Assembly: GCF_028641065.1 (NCBI RefSeq)
Contig: NC_073399.1
Location: 9,176,001-9,240,000 of the forward strand
Source: Leucoraja erinacea
Taxonomy: Eukaryota
Length of the DNA: 64,000 nucleotides
Direction of reading: 5' to 3'
Below, in pieces: positions 12,616-25,900 of this stretch (position 1 is its first letter; each line of letters begins with the position of its first letter). Under the pieces are notes generated by a model. The model had not been told where the DNA came from, made no database searches, and was given only the letters and a program-made list of their open reading frames with translations. A program made the position numbers and the translations under genes.

Positions 12616-15600
12616 CTGTCGAGAGGTTCACCGCGTTAGTCTTAACGTTAACGGCACAGCGCGGAAAACAGGCCCTTCGGCCCACCCAGTCCGTGCCAAC
12701 CACCGATCACCCCGTACACTAGTTTAGTTCAGAGATACAGCTCGGAAACAGACCCTTCAGTCCACCCAACCCGCACCGATCACCCCGTACACTAGTTTAG
12801 AGATACAGCGCAGAAACTGGCCCTTCAGCCCATCCAATCCACACCGATCACCCCATACACTAGCAGTATCCTACACACTAGGGACAAATTAGAATTTACA
12901 GTGGCCAATTGACCTACAAACCCGCACGTCTTTGGGATGTGGGAGGTAAGTGGATAGATATTTGGATATGGAAGGTTTAGAAGGATATGAACCAATTTAA
13001 ATAGTGAATTAAATTTATTTATAATCCAGTATCTGCAGTTCCTGGTTTCATCAAAAGTAAAAGGGATTAGTGTAGACAAGCCTTTGTAAAGGGGCCAAAT
13101 AACCAACAATCCTGCACGTCTTAGGGATGTGGGACGAAACTGGAGCACCCGGAGGAAACCCACGCAGTCATTGAAACATAAAAAATAGGTGCAGGAGGAG
13201 GCCATTCGGCCCTTCGAGCCAGCACTGCCATTCATTGTGTCGTACTCTATCAATAACCCGTGCCTGCCTTCTCCCCATATCCCTCGACTCCATTGGCAAC
13301 TCTACTGCTGCGCCACCGTGCCGGCCCAGTGGATGCGAGATGTACCAACAGCGGTAAAAATACCTAATATGTTAATTTAAAATTGGATTAAAATCAAAGT
13401 GGGCAAATGAATGGTCCTTTCATCAGCTAACGATCTGCCCCCCTCCCCTCGAGCTCCAGACCACCTTACGCTGCTGACCCAGCAAGCTTGGGGCCTGATT
13501 AGTTTAGTGCAGCGATACAGCGTGGAAACGGGCCCTTCGGCCCACCGAGTCCGCACTAATCAGCGGTCCCCGCAACCGAGTCCGCACCACCAGCGGTCCC
13601 CCCACCATCCGACACACACGAGCAACACTTTTACATTTAGACCGAAGATCTCGGAGAAAACCCACGCGGTCACGGGGAGAACGACAAAACTCTGTACAGA
13701 CTGCACCCGTAGTCAGGATCGAACCCGGGTCTCTGGCACTGCGAGGTAGCGTGCACTAGGGACCTCCCCCCAGAACAGACCACCCCCCCCCCCAACCCCC
13801 GCCGCTCACCTGCACCAGGTTCAGGCCGGTCATACAGCTCTTCACTTCTTTGATGAGCTTGACTTTGTCGGCGACCTTGAACTCCACCAGCTTGACCGTG
13901 AACTGGGTCTTCTCCTTCTTGGCCGGAGCCTCCTCCTCATCGACCTCCTGCAGGGACAGAGCCAGGGGGAGGGTCAGGATAAGCCGGGGAGCGATGGGGA
14001 CAGAGGGGCGAGCGAGGGTGCCACGCTCATCTCCTTTACATTTGCCCCTCTAGCCAGAAAGCTTTGCCTTTGACATTTCCACCCAGGGAATTCTATCTAC
14101 CCTACCTACGTTTCTCATAAATTTAGACTTCAGAGACACAGCGTGGAAACAGGCCCTTCGGCCCACCGCGTCTGCACCACCCAGCGATCCCCGCACATTG
14201 CTACTATCCCACACACTAGGGACAATTATGCCAAGCACATTCGCCCACAAACCTGCACATCTTTGAAGTGTGCGAGGAAACCTGGGGCGCCTGGAGAAAA
14301 CCCACGTGGTCACCGGGTGAACGTACAAACGCCGTACAGACGGCATCCGTAGTCAAGACCCGGGTACAATTACAATTTTACCAAGCCAATTAACCTACAA
14401 ACCTGCACGTCTTTGATGTGTGGGAGGAAACCCACGGAGGTCACGGGGAGAAAGTACAAACTCTGTACAGACAGCAGCCGAGGTCAGGATCGAACCTGGG
14501 TCCCTGGCGCTGCGAGGCAGCAACGCGACTGCTGCGCCACCTTGCCCGCCCCAAACTTCGTAAAAACCTTGACGCTCTGATGTTATAGAACAGTATAGCA
14601 CAGGAACAGGCCCTTCGTCCCACAAAACCGTGCTGTACATGATGCCAAGATACACTAATCACTGCTCGCACATAACGCATGTCTCTCCATTCCCTGCTTA
14701 TTCATGTGCCTGTTCAAGTCTCGTAACGGTCACTATTGTATCTGTCTCCACCACCACCCCTGGCAGAGCGTTCCAGACACTCACGGCCCTCCGTGTAAAA
14801 ATTGTCCCCCTTTACACATTGCCCCTCTCATCCTTGACTCTTCCACCCTGGGGAAAGGCTTCTGTCGACCCCCTCCATACCTCTCATCATATTAGACTTT
14901 AGAGATACAGCGCAGAAACGGGACCGTCGGCTCATTGAGTCCACATTGACCAGCGATCCCCGCACATCAACACAATCCTACACACTGGGGACAATTCACA
15001 ATTTCACAAAAGCCAATTAACCTACAAACCTCACATCTTTAGAGAGGGAGGAAACAGAGCAGCCTGAAGATGCCAGCGCTAGAAACCCTGCTTCCTTCCT
15101 GACAACGGGCGCTGTCTGTACGGAGTTTGCACCTTCTCCCTGTGACCGCGTGGGTTTTTTCCTCCCACGCTCCAAAAACATGCAGGTTTGTAGGTCAATT
15201 GGCTTCTGTAAATTGTTCCTTGTGTGTAGGAATCAACACTGGAAAAAAGTGTTGGTCGGCACGGACTCTATGGGCTGAAGGGCCTGCTTTCATGCTGTAT
15301 CTCAGAGCAACTGCTTGAAAAATGAATCTTGAACACTACACAACACTAACCTCTTACACAAACTCCTGTGTAAGAACGACGTGTTTTTACACCTGTGTTG
15401 TGATTATTAATTGATTGAATATTCATGCATTATATATTATCTGTGTGTATTGTGGTTATGGGCCTGTTAAGAGGGAGCACGGTGGCGCAGTGGTGGAGTT
15501 GCTGCCCCACAGCGCCAGAGACCCGGGTTCAATCCTGAGCACGGGCGCTGTCAGTACGGAGTTTGGACGTTCTCCCCGTGACCGCATCCGTTTTCTCCTG

Positions 15601-18600
15601 TTTACTCCCACACTCTAAAGAAGCACAAGTTTGTTTGCCTTCAGTAAGCTGTAAAATTATCTCGAGCGAACATTCGATCGATGGTCAGCATGGACTCGGT
15701 GGGCCGAGGGAGCCTGTTGCTCCGCTGTATCTATAAAGTCTTAAGCTGTTGCAAGTAACAATTTCACGGTTGTTTAGTTTAGAGATACAGCATGGAAACA
15801 GGCCCTTCGGCCCACCGAGTCCGCACTAACCAGCGAACCCCACATTTTAACATCATCCTACACACACTAGGGATAATTTACATTTAGACCAAAGCAATTA
15901 ACCTGCAAACCTGTACGTCTTTGTATCCCGGAGAAAAACCCACGCAGGTCACGGGGAGAACATACAAACTCCATACAGGCAGCACCCGTAGCCAGGATCG
16001 AACCTGGGTCTCTGGCTCTGTGAGGCAGCAACTCTACCATCGTTCTGTCTCTACATGACAGTGAAGCCCTCTCTCGAGTCTTGCCGAGCCTTGCAGCGGG
16101 GGCTTACCTGGGAGGCAGGAGAAGCAGCCATCATTCCAGCCACCGGCATCATCCCAACATCCTGGATTTTCAGTGTTTTCTGTGGAGACAGAAGGAGTTT
16201 TAAACCGGCCGCTGCAGTGCAAGAATTCACACCAGACTCCGAGCTGGCAGACTGTAAAATCCTCCAGATAGAACCCAAAGTAGGGGAGACTCCCTGTACA
16301 GTTGCAGAAACAAGCAACTACAGATGCTGGTTTCGCACAGAACATTGCGTTGGAGTAATTCAGAATGGAGTAACTCAGCAGGTCAGGCAGCATTCCTGAA
16401 GAACGTGGTTAGGCGATAAGTTTTGTGTCAGGACCTTTCTTCAGACTGATTGTAAGGGGTGGAGCTAGATCAGCCAATAGACAATAGATTCAGGAGTAGG
16501 CCATTCGGCTCTTCGAGCCAGCACCGCCATTCAATGTGATCATGGCTGATCATCCCCAATCAGTACCCCCTTCCTGCCTTCTCCCCATATCCCCTGACTC
16601 CACTATTTTTAAGAACCCTATCTAGCTCTCTCTTGAAAGCCTCCATCGCCCTCTGAGGCAGAGAATTCCACAGACTCACCACTCTCTGTGAGAAAAAGTG
16701 TTTCCTCGTCTCCGTTCTAAATGGCTTACTCCTTATTCTTAAACTGTGGCCCCTGGTTCTGATCTCCCCCAACATCAGGAACATGTTTCCTGCCTCCAGC
16801 CTTTGTGTGTATCTGAGAGCGAGAGTTAGATCAGCCAAGATTGAATGGCGGAGTCGACTTGATCGGCTCTCTCATCGGGTGCTTTGCCGAGACGTACGTA
16901 CCTTCAGCAGCTCGTTGAGGTCAGAGATCTCCAGCAGGGTGAGGCCGGCGATGTCGTGCACCAGCTGCTTGATCTTGGGCGGGTAGTCCCTGGGCACGTT
17001 GTCCAGGGGCGGCGAGGCCAGGCCTTCATCCCACCGGCATCCACTGGTCCTCAGCGCCCGCCGCGCACACAATGTCAGCAACCCTCGCCTGTTGAGATAG
17101 CACAGGCAAACAGCGTCTTAAACCCGGGGCAACGGCAACCGGAGGGGATCTAATGCCAGCCTCTGCACCCACTCACCTAAACCAGGAAAATGAGCCATAG
17201 AGTCAAACAGGCCCTTCCGCCCAACCTGTCCTTGCCAACCATCAATCAACCAACTGTTCACTATAGTTCATAGAGTGATACAGTGTGGAAACAGGCCCTT
17301 CGGCCCAACTCGCCAACATTTCCCAGCTACACTAGTCCCACCTGCCTGCGTTTGGTCCATATTTCTCCAAACCTGTCAATAGACAATAGGGGCATTCGGC
17401 CCTTCGAGCCAGCGCCGCCATTCAATGTGATCATGGCTGATCATCCCCAACCAGTTCCTGCCTTCTCCCCATATCCCCTGACTCCGCTATCTTTAAGAGC
17501 CCTATCTAGCCCTCTCTTGAAAGCATCCATAGAACCGGCCACCACCGCCCTCCGAGGCAGAGAATTCCAGACTCACAATTCTCTGTGAAAAAAAGTGTTT
17601 CCTCGTCTCCGTTCTAAATGGCTTACCCCTTATTCTTAAACTGTGGCCCCTGGTTCTGGGCTCCCCCAACATCGGGAACATGTTTCCTGCCTCTAGTGTG
17701 TCCAAACCCTTAAGCATGTCCTATCCATGCATCTGTCTAACTGTTTCTTAAACGTTGGGATAGTCCCAGTCTCAACTACCTCCTTAGGCAGCTTGTTCCA
17801 CACACCCACCGCCCTCTGAAAAAGTTACTCCTTCAGATTCCTATTAAATCTGAGAGAGGGGGGAGGGGGGGGGAATTAGACAGGGGGGGGGTGGGAGTGA
17901 GAGAGAGTGGGGGACGAGAACGGGGGGGGAGAGGAATGGGGGACGGGGAGATAAGGGGAGGGGGAGAAAGGGGAAGGGGGGGAGAAGGGGAGAGGAGAGG
18001 GGGAGGGGGAGAGAGAGGTGAGGGGGGGAAGGGGGAGAGGGGGGAAAGAAGGGGGGGGGGGGGAGGGGGGGGGAGAGTGGGGGGGAGAGGGGGAGAGAGA
18101 GTGGGGGAGAGAAGGGGAGGGGGAGAGGAGGAGGAGAGAAGTGGGGGAGAGAATGGGGGGAGAGAGAGGGGGGGGGGAGAGAAGAAGGGAGGGGGGGGGG
18201 GAGAGTGGGAGGGGAGAGAGGGGCGGGGGAGAGGGGGAGGGGGGGAGAGAAGGGGAGGGGAGAGGGAAGGGGAGGGGGGAGAGAGGAGTGGGGGAGAGAA
18301 GGGGAGGGGGGAGAGGAGAGAATAAGGGGAGGGGGGGGAGAGGGGAGGGGGGAGAGAGAGGGGAGGGGGAGAGAAGGGGAGGGGGAGAGAGAGGGGGAGG
18401 GGAGCGAGAGGGGGAGGGGGAGAGAGAGGGGGCGGAGAGGGAACACACGTCCTTCCACTCTCCCCCATTACAGCCAGTGGAGGCGGACTGTGGGGTGGGG
18501 GGGAGAGGGTTAGAGGCGGGACTCCCCCTCTCTCTCTCTCTGTCTACCCCAGCCCCACTCCCCCTGACTCCCCGACGCCGGTAACGGAGCCCAGAGCGGG

Positions 18601-18647
18601 TACCTGAGGGCGCCCTGTGTCCCCGCCCGGCCGAGCGCGGCGAGCAT
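12499..18647 (-). CDS. MRPL12: Mitochondrial ribosomal protein L12 (bL12m), complete 5-exon gene, 185 aa
   Basis: Exons 44+187+72+138+117 nt join in frame; [57 protein letters not shown]...[19 protein letters not shown] are L7/L12 motifs. Confidence 0.95.
13810..13947 (-). CDS. MRPL12: MRPL12 exon 4
   Basis: [46 protein letters not shown]; cag/gtgag. Confidence 0.94.
15475..16040. mobile_element. Two HE1-like SINEs in inverted (tail-to-tail) orientation in MRPL12 intron 3
   Basis: Plus copy about 15475-15740, minus copy about 15775-16040. Confidence 0.7.
16108..16179 (-). CDS. MRPL12: MRPL12 exon 3
   Basis: [24 protein letters not shown]; cag/gtaag. Confidence 0.92.
16902..17088 (-). CDS. 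MRPL12: MRPL12 exon 2
   Basis: cag|G CGA GGG TTG...ELLK|gtacgt; 187 nt. Confidence 0.94.
17852..18443. repeat. G/A-rich polypurine low-complexity tract
   Basis: Direct reading. Confidence 0.9.
18604..18647 (-). CDS. MRPL12: MRPL12 coding exon 1 ([15 protein letters not shown], targeting presequence)
   Basis: ATG in CpG-rich region, donor AG|gtaccc, phase 2 matches exon 2. Confidence 0.8.
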
Positions 18648-18845
18648 CCCTACGGCTGATGGCGGCGGCGGCGTGGGGCGCTAACCTCCCGCTGACCTCC
18701 ACCCGACCTTCCTCCCGGCGGCCACAGCGCGGCAACCTAACGTCATCAACGCCCCTCCTGTGACCTTCCTCCCGGCGGGCAGCGCGCTAAATGTCATCCG
18801 CCTCCAAGGGTGACTGACATTCCTCACACACCCATAGCACGTGGT
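18648..18845 (-). promoter_or_regulatory. MRPL12 CpG-rich proximal promoter / 5' UTR
   Basis: CpG-dense sequence directly upstream of ATG; CRE half-site ACGTCA; E-box CACGTG at 18838-18843. Confidence 0.5.
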
Positions 18846-18849
18846 ACAT

Positions 18850-19160
18850 CTATATATATATATATATATATATAGATATATATGTGTGTGTGTGTGTGTG
18901 CGCGTGTGCATGTGTACTCTATATATATAATATAATATATTTAAAAAATATATATATATTATAGAGTATACACATGCACATACACACGCGCACACACACA
19001 TATATACATATACACACACATGTACACATATATGTTTGCCTGTGTGACCAATACATATATACGCACACATATTTGTTTGCATGTGTGTACAGTACATACA
19101 TGCAAGTGCGTGCGTATATATGTGTGTATATATAAATGTCTATGTATAATACACATGTAT
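18850..19160. repeat. (TA)n/(TG)n/(CA)n compound microsatellite
   Basis: Direct reading. Confidence 0.9.
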
Positions 19161-19842
19161 ACATTGCAAACCAGTTCTTACAGTTTTTGCATACTCACAA
19201 TGTACAGTACTAGAGGACATCCCATTGACCTTCTCGGCTCTCATTAAACTAAGTGGATATTTATAATACAATCTAAATGAGCAACATCACATATTTGCTG
19301 GGAGGTGGGACCCAAGTCAATGGATATCTTTAAGGCAGAGATCTACAGATTCTAGATTAGTATGGATGTCAGGGGTTATGGGGAGAAGGCAGGAGACAGG
19401 GGTTGAGGGGGAAAGATAGATCGGCAATGATTGAATAGCAGAGTAGACTTGATGGGACAAATGGACTAATTCTGCTCCTAGAACCTATGGACATATTTAG
19501 CTTGGGCAACTCCCAACCCAGCGGTATGAATATTAATTTATCTAATTTCATGTAACTCCCGTGGTCCTACCAGTTCCACTGTTCATATCTTTGTATTCCT
19601 GTTGTTAGCACACCTTCCCCAGCCAACAATGGACCATTATGGGCTCCACCCTTCCTGAGGTCATTTCTTCCAGCCCTGTTTTGTTCTGGCCTTCTCTATC
19701 TTTCAGTGTGAAGAAGAGTCCCGACCCGAAATGTCACCTATTCCTTTTCTCCAGAGATGCTGCCTGACCAGCTAAGTCACTCCAGCATTTTGTGTCTGTC
19801 TTCTGTATAAACCAGCAGCCGCTGTTCCAGGTGTCATCTTCT

Positions 19843-20520
19843 CGACATCGGCAAGACCAAGCGCAGGCTCGGCGATCGCTTCGCTGAACACCTCCGCTCA
19901 GTCCTTCGTAGCCTACCTGATCTCCCGGTGGCTCAGCACTTCAACTCCCCCTCCCATTCACAATTTGACCTTTCTGTCCTGGGCCTCCTCCAATGTCAGA
20001 GTGAGGCCTAGCACAAATTGGAGGAACAGCAACTCATATTTCGCTTGGGTAGTTTACACCCCAGTGGTATGAACATTTACTTCTTTAACTTCAGATAGCC
20101 CTTGCTTCCTCTCTCCCTCCCCCTCCCCCTTCTCAGTTCTTCCACCTGTCTTACTGTCTCCTCCTACATTCTATCTTTGTCCAACAGCTTTATTGCAAGA
20201 GCTATAACGGCTCTGAACCGGCCCTGCTGAGTGCCCCCCACCCCCACTGGACTGTCTCCCTCGGATGGTCACGACACACAGCTTATTTATTTATTTTACT
20301 TTTCTTTTTCATCGGTTGGAGCTGCATACTAAATCTCGTTGCACTGATGTGCAATGACAATAAAAGATGTTATTATTATTATTATCCTGCCCCCTCCCCT
20401 AACATCAGTCTGAAGAAGGGTCTTGACCTGAAACATCACCCATTCCTTCTCTCAAGAGATGCTGCCTGTCCCGCTGAGTTACTCCAGCATTTTGTGTCTA
20501 TCTGCAGCTCCTTCCTACAC
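19843..20520 (+). mobile_element. Penelope-like element 3' fragment (GIY-YIG endonuclease end plus terminal repeat)
   Basis: IGKTKRRLGDRFAEHLRSV...PVAQHFNSPSH...DLSVLGLL...KLEEQQLIFRLGSLHPSGMN. Confidence 0.8.
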
Positions 20521-21339
20521 AAGGATTTCTATCTATGTTTTGCTGCACAGTAAAGGTTTCAAAGGTCTTTTATTGTCACGTGTACCAATTAAGGTACAGT
20601 AATATTCGTATTACCATACGGCCATACTAAACAAGCAGCAAGACACACAACTACATAAAAGTTAACATAAACATCCACCACAGCCGATTCCCCACATTCC
20701 TCACTGTGATGGAAGGCAATAATGTCTAACCTTCTTCCGTTATTACCCCATCTAATTATAGAAATATAGAAATTAGGTGCAGGAGTAGGCCACTCAGCCC
20801 TTCAAGCCATGGCTGATCATCCAGAATCTGCGTTCTCCCCGTATCCCTTGATTCCGTTAACCCCAAGAGCTATATTTAGCGGAGACTGCGGGACCCGGAG
20901 CTGGGTCAGCGGCCTGGAGCGGGAGTGGCTGCCCGGAGCTGGGGCAGCGGCCCGTAGCTGATGCTGTGGCGGGCCGTCTCGGAGCGGAGACGGCGTTCCG
21001 GCTTTCGGCGGCGGCGACATCACCACGGAGGTCCGCTGGACTGGAGGACGGCATCTTTGGCCTGGATCAATCGCCTCAGCGCAGAGGGAGAACAAGGAGG
21101 GAAGAGACGGAGACTAAGACTTTGCCTCCATCACAGTGAGGATGTGCTTGGTGAACTCACTGTGGTGGATGTTTAATTTGTGTTTATTGTATGTTTTGTT
21201 ATTATTGATTCTGTGTATGACTGCAGGCAACATAATTTTGTTCAGACCGAAAGGTCACTTTTGAAAGCTGTGCATTCTTAGTAAGCGTTTAAACATTGCA
21301 TTGGAAGCAGGTACAGATTCCATGGAAGTGAAGAGGAAA

Positions 21340-21345
21340 TTTATT
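21340..21345 (-). terminator. Candidate HGS polyadenylation signal AATAAA (second candidate at 21513-21518)
   Basis: tttatt on plus strand at the end of about 1.5 kb of mostly unique 3' UTR-like sequence. Confidence 0.5.
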
Positions 21346-21633
21346 AAACATTTTTTTGAAATTAGTTGGAAAAATGATGAAAGCTCAACAAACAGCGACG
21401 TACCGAGCAGAGAATCAGGAGATAATATAATGGAACATTCGTGTCAAATGTCTTGACAGCAGGATAAACTTATAGTTGTCCCAGATCCACAGCAGTTCAC
21501 GTTCTCCAGCACTTTATTTATGGTGAAAACAAACAATTTCCTTGTTTTAAACATGCAGGCTGCAGTTAGTGAAGCCAAGAGTTCTTTAAATTAGAATTTT
21601 AGCTTCTCTGCTGTGAAGAACATGGATATATAC

Positions 21634-21915
21634 GGGGGGGGGGGGGGGGGTGTGGGGAGAGGGAGGGGGTGGGGGGAGAGAGGGGGGGTGGGGAGAGAGG
21701 GGGGGGGGGTGGGGGGAGGAGGAGGGGGGGGAGAGGGGGGGAGAGAGGGGGGTGGGGGAGAGAGAGGGGGGGTGGGGGAGAGAGGGGGGTGGGGGGAGAG
21801 AGGGGGGGTGGGGGAGAGAGGGGGGTGGTGGGGAGAGGAGGGGGGTGGGGGAGAGAGAGGGGGGGGGGGAGGAGAGGGGGGGGGGGGGGAGAGAGGGGGT
21901 GGGGAGAGAGAGAGA
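21634..21915. repeat. G-rich tract with ~19-bp quasi-repeats
   Basis: ggggtgggggagagagg units. Confidence 0.85.
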
Positions 21916-22278
21916 CAGCACAATATACAATCAGCTACATGGATTATATTTAGAGTTTAAGCCCAGTTATACAAGACCCAGTTACAATGCAGAGACAGTT
22001 AACAGATCATTAATTTCCACTGTAAAGGGCTTGTGATTCCAGCAGGGGAGCAGGAAGATGGGAGATCAGAAAACAGTTACTCTACAAAGCCAATTACAAT
22101 GTCCACCTGCAATCAGGCTGAAGGATTCGGTTGTTTTTGGAGGTGATTTATTAAATTTCAGGCTGGGATCTGAACACATCAAGATGCAGTTGATTGCACG
22201 ATGGGAACACATTCCAAATGGCCTTGTGCCAATTGTCACTCTCGGTCGGCCTGCAGGGAGTGGGGGTGAGAGGAGGGG

Positions 22279-22412
22279 GTGAGTGAGTGAGTGAGTGAGT
22301 GAGTGAGTGAGTGAGTGATGTGAGTGAGTGAGTGAGTGAGTGACGTGGAGTGAGTGAGTGAGTGGAGTGAGTGGTTGTGAGTGAGTGAGTGGGTGGGTGG
22401 GTGGGTGGGTGG
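22279..22412. repeat. (GAGT)n/(GGGT)n microsatellite in HGS 3' UTR region
   Basis: Direct reading. Confidence 0.9.
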
Positions 22413-22875
22413 GAGGGTTGCCAAGGTCTGGAGGCACGCCCGCACTCCCAGCTCCCTGGGCTCCAGGATCAGTGACGCCGGAGGCAGCTCCCGGAGAATG
22501 ACTGAGGAACGTTAGTGCCTGATTGTGAGAATGCTTCGTGTCAGGGGGCAGAGAAGGGGGGGGGGGGGGGGGCGGCCAGGCAGTGTTTGAGCTGGGGCAA
22601 GCTCGCCGAAAGGGGGAGGGGGTGATGAGGGGTGTGGGAGGAGAGACAATGAGAAAGGAGGTGGGGGTGGGGGGAAGGGGGAGACTGCGAGGGGGGGGGA
22701 GGGTCATTATGCTAGAACTATTCAGTATAGGACAGACCCATTTTTCCCCCACCCACTGTGCCCTGCAATGGTGACCAGGCCCTTTGCAGCCCCCGTGTGA
22801 GGGATGCCAACCCCCTCCCCACTCCCTATGCCTATGTGTGGGGAGGGGGGGAGAGGGAGGGGGGGGTGGGGGGGG

Positions 22876-22980
22876 TCAGTCGAAGCAGATGAGCTGAGCC
22901 TCAGAGCCTGGCTGCTGCTGGATCTGCGGCGGTGGCTGCTGCTGCTGCTGCTGCTGTGGCGGTGCTCCAGGGGGCGCCAT
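22876..22980 (-). CDS. HGS: HGS exon 21 (terminal, clathrin box)
   Basis: [34 protein letters not shown] then TGA. Confidence 0.93.
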   Translation of the reverse strand: MAPPGAPPQQQQQQQPPPQIQQQPGSEAQLICFD

Positions 22981-25900
22981 CTGTGGAGGGAGGAGGGCAG
23001 AGCGTCAGGGATAGCAGGACAGTGTGGGCGCAGGGCAAGGCCACTCTGCCCACCCAGTCCCTGCTAGCTCGCACAGTAAACACTTTCACCGCCCCATCCC
23101 TGGACACGCTCGCTCTCATGTCCAATTCTATGGAGCGAAAGAAATAGGCGACATTTCGGGTCGAGACTCTTCTTCAGACTCTGAAGTCTGAAGAAGGGTC
23201 TCGACCCGAAACTTTGCCTATTTCCTTCGCTCCATAGATGTTGCCTCACCCGCTGACTTTCTCCAGCATTTTTGTCTACCTTCGATTTTCCAGCATCTGC
23301 AGTTCCTTCTTAAACGCTGTGTAACTCTAGCTCAAGCACTTTGTACCTATCCATGTTCTCCAGAGATGCTGCCTGACCCGCTGAGTTACTCCAGGTTTGT
23401 GCGTTCTTTTTTACCAAAGTGTGGTATTCCAGCATCTGCAGTTGGTATTACACGATGCCAAGGTCATCTCTTATCTGCCTGCACGCTGCCCACATCCCAC
23501 CATTCCCTGCATATCCATGTACCCATCCAAAAGTCTCTTACGCACCACTATCGTATCTGCTTCCACCACCACCCCTGGCAGCTCGTCCCAGGCAGCCCAC
23601 ACCCTCTGTGTGACCAAACTTGTCCCGCTCATCTCCTTCAAACTAAAAAGCGAAAACTACAAACATGCACGTCTTTGGGATGTGGGAAGGAACGCACGCG
23701 GTCACGGGGAGGACCCGCCAGCTGGCACCGGGTCTCTGGTGCTGTGAGGACCCGCCAGCTGGCACCGGGTCTCTGGTGCTGTGAGGACCCTCCAGCTGGC
23801 ACCGGGTCTCTGGTGCCGTGAGGACCCGCCAGCTGGCACCGGGTCTCTGGTGTTGTGAGGCGACGGCACGACCCGCTGTGCCGCCTGCTGGATGGCACGA
23901 TATCACCATGGCATTGAGAACGGGGTGTGTGTGCGTGGCCTCTCACCTGCTGGTACATGGGCTGCTGTGCTGGCAGGTAGGGCTGCTGAGGGGGCAGATT
24001 GCCCATGGGTGCATCCTGGGCAGGCGGCACTGGCATCATGTTCTGTAGGGGAACAAGACGGGGGAGCATGGTCACGCAACACCACGGACTGGAGGAGAAT
24101 AACCGTGCAGGGAGCAGGATAACACACACACACCCATCACTTCCCACACACCCACTGTGCCCTGTGTGTACACACACGCCCACCCACCGTGTACGCAGGC
24201 CCACCTCCCACACACTGTGTGCCCCCACACCCCCACTGTGGGGCCTACCTGCATGTTGTAGGGCTGGTAGCCCATGGGCACCGAGTAGCCCAGGCCACCT
24301 GGCTGGGGTGGGGGGAGAGACGGCAGCGGCTGGGCCTGCGACGCCACGTTCTGCAAGACAGGGCGCACCGTTCAACACACTGACAATAAGCACCCCGCAC
24401 GCCCCCAGTATGACCTGCACGCCATCTTCAGAGAGGAAAATTCAGAGGGAGGAAAAGGGGTAGGGGGAAAGGGGGAGGGGAAAGGGGTAGGGAAATGACG
24501 TGGAAAGGGGGGGGAGGGTAAAGGGGTGGGGAGGTGGGAAAGGGGAGGGGGGGGGGGAAAGGGGAGAGGGGGGGGGATAGGGAGAGGGGGGGGGGGGGGG
24601 GAGAGGGGAGGGGAGAGAGAGGGATGGAGAGGTGGTGAAGGGAGAGGGGGAGAAGGAGAGGGGGGGAAGGGGAGAGGGGGGGGAAGGGAGAAGGGGGGGG
24701 GGGGAAGGGGAGAGGGGGGGAAAAAGGGAGAGGGGGGGAAGAGGGGGGAGAGGGGGGAAGGAAGAGAGGAGGGAGGGGGAAAGGGGGGAGGGAGGGGGGA
24801 AAAGGGGGAGGGAGGGTGAAAGGGGAGGGGGTGGGGAGGGGGAAAAGGGGGAGGGGGGAAAAAAGGAGGGAGGGTTGTGAGCACAAGACGAGAGCTTTTC
24901 ACGTTCTGCAGCGTCAGAGTTGCCACGGTTGCCGGTGTGCGGGTTCGACGGGAAGGGCAGCAACTTACCTGGTAGTTGTGTGTGGGTGTAGGCTGGTAGC
25001 TGGAGTAGCCGGGGTTGGTGGTGGGCAAGGGCTGGGGTTGCTGGCCGGCGTGGCCACTAGGCGGTGCCGTCTGGTACATGTAGGGGTTCACCATGGCCGG
25101 GGTCTGGAGAAGGGGGGGTGGGCACAAACATCACATAAAGACCCCATGGTGACTGCACCCCCGGCACAAATAACCCCCACCCCACAAGCCCCAGCTCCCC
25201 CCCCCCCCCCCAATCATTTTACCCAAAAAACCCCCAACCCCCCCCCCCCCCTCCCCTCCCATTCCCACACTAAACTTTGAGCACGGCCACACATACACTG
25301 GAGGACCAGCGCTGCCACCATTACCAAACCCCCTCCCCACCCCTCACCCCGTCCCCTTCCACTTCCACATCCCTCCCTCTGCCTTTAGGTCTCTCTCTGT
25401 ATCGACACCCTTTCACCTCCTTCCCACCCCCCCCTCTAGCCCTGGCCACCTGCTCCACCCAGCGGTTTCCCACCCATCTCTGAGGAGAAACGAGGAACTG
25501 CTGCGGAAACGGGATTAGCCAAAAAACAAAAAAACAAAAAGGGCACAAAGTGCTGGAGTAACTCAGCGGGTCGGGCTGCATCCCTGGAGGACAAAGATGC
25601 ACCCATGTTCTCCAGAGAGGCTGCCCAACTTGGTGATTTACTTCAGCACTTCATGTCATTTGCCAGGCTTTATCCCAAACGCCACCTCTTCCAGCTTTCT
25701 CCACCCCACCCCGCTCTCTATCAGTCGGAACCCCTGACTGGAAACGTCGCCTGTCCTGTCCACCCCTTCCGCGGACCCGCGGTGTGTTTGGGTTAAACCG
25801 AGTGCTGGCCGCGCTGGGCGTTATGATCTGGCGCCGCCCCTCACCTGCTCCGGTGACGGCCATGGAGGGGTAGGGTGCTGTGCCGGGCTGGGCCGCCTGG

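Noticed and set aside
17833-18584. Long Pro/Ser/Leu-rich and Gly/Glu/Arg-rich ORFs (also 7165-8058, 21586-22036, 24372-24963, 52554-52760)
   Set aside because: Translations of low-complexity polypurine tracts that lack stop codons; only the embedded true exons are coding.
23709-23860. 37-bp direct repeats resembling a CRISPR array
   Set aside because: No unique spacers, eukaryotic context, unit is SINE-derived.
166-25103. Calling SLC25A10 or HGS pseudogenes because of frameshifts
   Set aside because: Single indels at short homopolymers, with intact splice sites and conserved exons, in an assembly with other quality problems.
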